From Rotaria socialis (Eukaryota): a stretch of 64,000 bases of DNA. Both the position numbers and the translations under genes were made by a program. The stretch spans positions 124,001 to 188,000 of the forward strand of contig CAJNYD010000039.1 of the NCBI GenBank assembly GCA_905331295.1, read 5' to 3'. How positions within the stretch are numbered: the stretch's first letter is position 1; each line of letters opens with the position of its first letter. The notes beneath the pieces were generated by a model. That model was not told where the DNA came from. It made no database searches and saw only the letters and a list, made by a program, of their open reading frames with translations. Shown one piece after another: positions 61,801 to 64,000 of the stretch.

Positions 61801-64000
61801 ATTTTAATATAGATTTAGATCAGAACATAGATGAAAAAGCAGCGCAGAAACTTCTAGAATGGGCTGATGCGCGACTATTAGCCCCTATAAAATCCAATAA
61901 ACCTACTTCTCTCAGATCGGATAGCGTGGTTGATAATGGACTCACGAGTAATATCCCACTTGCCATTCAAAACATTAATGATAACACAACCAGTGAGTGG
62001 TAGCAACACACACTGGAAAGTGTTCAACTATTTCTTGGCACTTACTGTTGATTTTTGGGAGAATGAATATAAAATCTCGACAACAGAAAAATACTATAGT
62101 AATTTTATCTGTCTGCTGGACCCCTTGAAAACTAGATGTACCACGTATTTTAAGCTTAAGAGTTACCGAGCCGTAATATCAAGGGAATTGAGGGTAAAGT
62201 TAGCCTACACGAGAGCCCCGAGTTTTCAACATAAAAGAATTGGAGATGTACAATTGCACAATAAGGTCAAAGAACTCAGAAGAAGTAACAGACTAGAATT
62301 AGTTACTTTACGAACCAATAAACTCACAAGTTTAGTGAATGAGAGATTCGACTGATCTTTTTCATCTAGCACCTTCTGGTCTAGAATAAGGAAGAACTTT
62401 AAAACCACGAACTCCTTAGACGCATTAATAGATGAAGGTAACTCTAAAAAAAGAAATACCGAGGACATGTTAAACATAACAGCTGAGCACTGTGAAAAAC
62501 TACTTTATGAATCGATTGTATATCGCCTACACACGTATGTAGATAGTCCAGAAATAGAATGGGATAATCATGAGGAACCCATCCTATCGGCTACAATGAC
62601 AGAGTTAGTAAAGGTGATATCTAAAATAAAGAAAAAACACTCTAGTGATGCCCATGGCATATCACCATACATGCTGGGCTTCCTGCCAATCAATTATTGG
62701 GGAGCTCTATTGTAGATATTTAACCGCTCGTTTACTACGTATTCAGGACCTTCATATTGGAAGCACGTAAAGACGAATCTATTAGCAAAAAAAGAGCGTA
62801 TCTGTTCAATCAATGATACTAGACCGATTTCTCTGCTCAACATCTTCCTTAAAGTATTAGAGCGATTATGCCTGACAAGATTTCAACGTGTACTAAGTAA
62901 TTGCGGAGTTATATACGAATCCCAATCTGGATTCCGATCGAATTTCAGACTACAATCACAAGTACTTATTCTTATAGATCAAATAGCATCACTGATGAGC
63001 ACGAGTACATCAATGGCAACAGTATTTGTAGATTTCAAACAGATACTCGACTAGTTATGGTGTGAAGAATGCTTAGGTAAACTAGCGAGACTAGGCGTTC
63101 CAGAGACCTACGTACTATGGATTGAAAGCTGGCTTAAAGATAAGGCGGAGTTTATAGAAATGAAAGGAATAAGCTCGAAGCTTTTCCCTATCCGAAGAGG
63201 AGGACCTCAAGGCTCGTGCTTATCTCCTGCTATATTCATCTCATACCATTGTGATATGTGATATTCCTTGAAAGCACCCTATCCAACTTCTTCGCTGACG
63301 ACCTAACCTGTGTGGTAGGAGGAATGTTGGGAATAAAGTACTCCCAACAATGTCTCGATTTAGAAAAAGAGACTAAAAGTGTTATTGGGGTACCACGAAT
63401 ATTATTCATTCCTATCTGCCCAGCCTATAAACTATGCTAAAACCGAGCTCATATGAACAGCCCGAGCGATCGGAAGCCCTAAATTTGAGATTTCGATTGG
63501 AGATAATGCAATCTCCTGGAAAAACAGCTTTAAATACCTAGGCTATCAGATCACATGTAAGCTATGCTGAGGAAAAATGATCACTGAATACAAAAATAAG
63601 ATAAGACAAAGAATAGCGATCATGAAATCTTGTCATATGTATGGTTCCTCAACACAGAAATTTCGAAGAATCCTGTTCTCTACCTTCGTGTTCCCGCTGT
63701 TTAATTGGTTATTCGGGATATTCCCAGTGCTAACAAACTGTCAACAGAACGATATGAACCACGTTTATCTCACGTGCTTGAAACGAACCCTAGTAGTATG
63801 GCTCTGAAACGACTATACGTTCTCACTACTATTCGAAGACAAGCCGCTAGAAAATCTATGTAGTAAATATTGGACAAAGTACAAGCTAGCGTTAAAGAGC
63901 TCAGTAGATGGAACGCTGCTTTTTGAACAGCACACCCTAAATGTCTTTAGGAGTCGATGACTGGAAAAAGCTTTCGTCGTGAAACATGTGTTCAGACCAA
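58900..64000 (+). mobile_element. Decayed non-LTR retrotransposon (I/Jockey-group-like): ORF1 gag plus ORF2 APE-RT; runs off the window
   Basis: ORF1 fragments with zinc knuckles (CTKCFQIGHIRSTC, CRICG..H..C, CIKCAGEHDSNDHRC). APE motifs (ILTE, GGV, DFN, PTS). RT motifs (RPISLL, QSGFR, FVDF, GGPQGSCLSP, FFADD, FKYLG). Many stops and frameshifts. 5' boundary approximate. Confidence 0.92.
59395..59457. mobile_element. 63-bp hAT-type micro-MITE inserted in LINE ORF1
   Basis: TIR CAGAGATGTGCACAGG / CCTGTGCACGTCTCTG (15/16). 8-bp TSD ATACCAAC / ATACCAAT (7/8). Internal GTCCT repeats. Confidence 0.85.

Overview
This is AT-rich eukaryotic DNA with short (~50-90 nt) GT-AG introns. A bdelloid rotifer is my inference, based on intron size, composition, bacterial-like genes and TE types. 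The window opens with the 3' part of a neuronal calcium sensor gene. Next is an 18-exon DNAI7/CASC1 gene on the minus strand (6945-34148). Its 19-kb intron 13 hosts two antisense protein-coding genes, one rich in LC8-binding-like TQT/GxQV motifs, and its intron 2 holds a tRNA-Leu(TAG) and three MITEs. Then come an ARF6-like gene (with a Tc1 remnant nested in a hAT remnant in its intron), MRPS7, a 5'-truncated LINE with a 19-bp TSD, a laforin pseudogene, a hypothetical gene and a C16orf89 homolog. The right third is accessory: a GDSL lipase pseudogene, two paralogous GT25-like glycosyltransferases separated by a nested foldback structure, and a decayed LINE carrying a 63-bp hAT-type micro-MITE. 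Gene models were spliced and translated by hand. Family calls rest on recalled motifs, not database searches.
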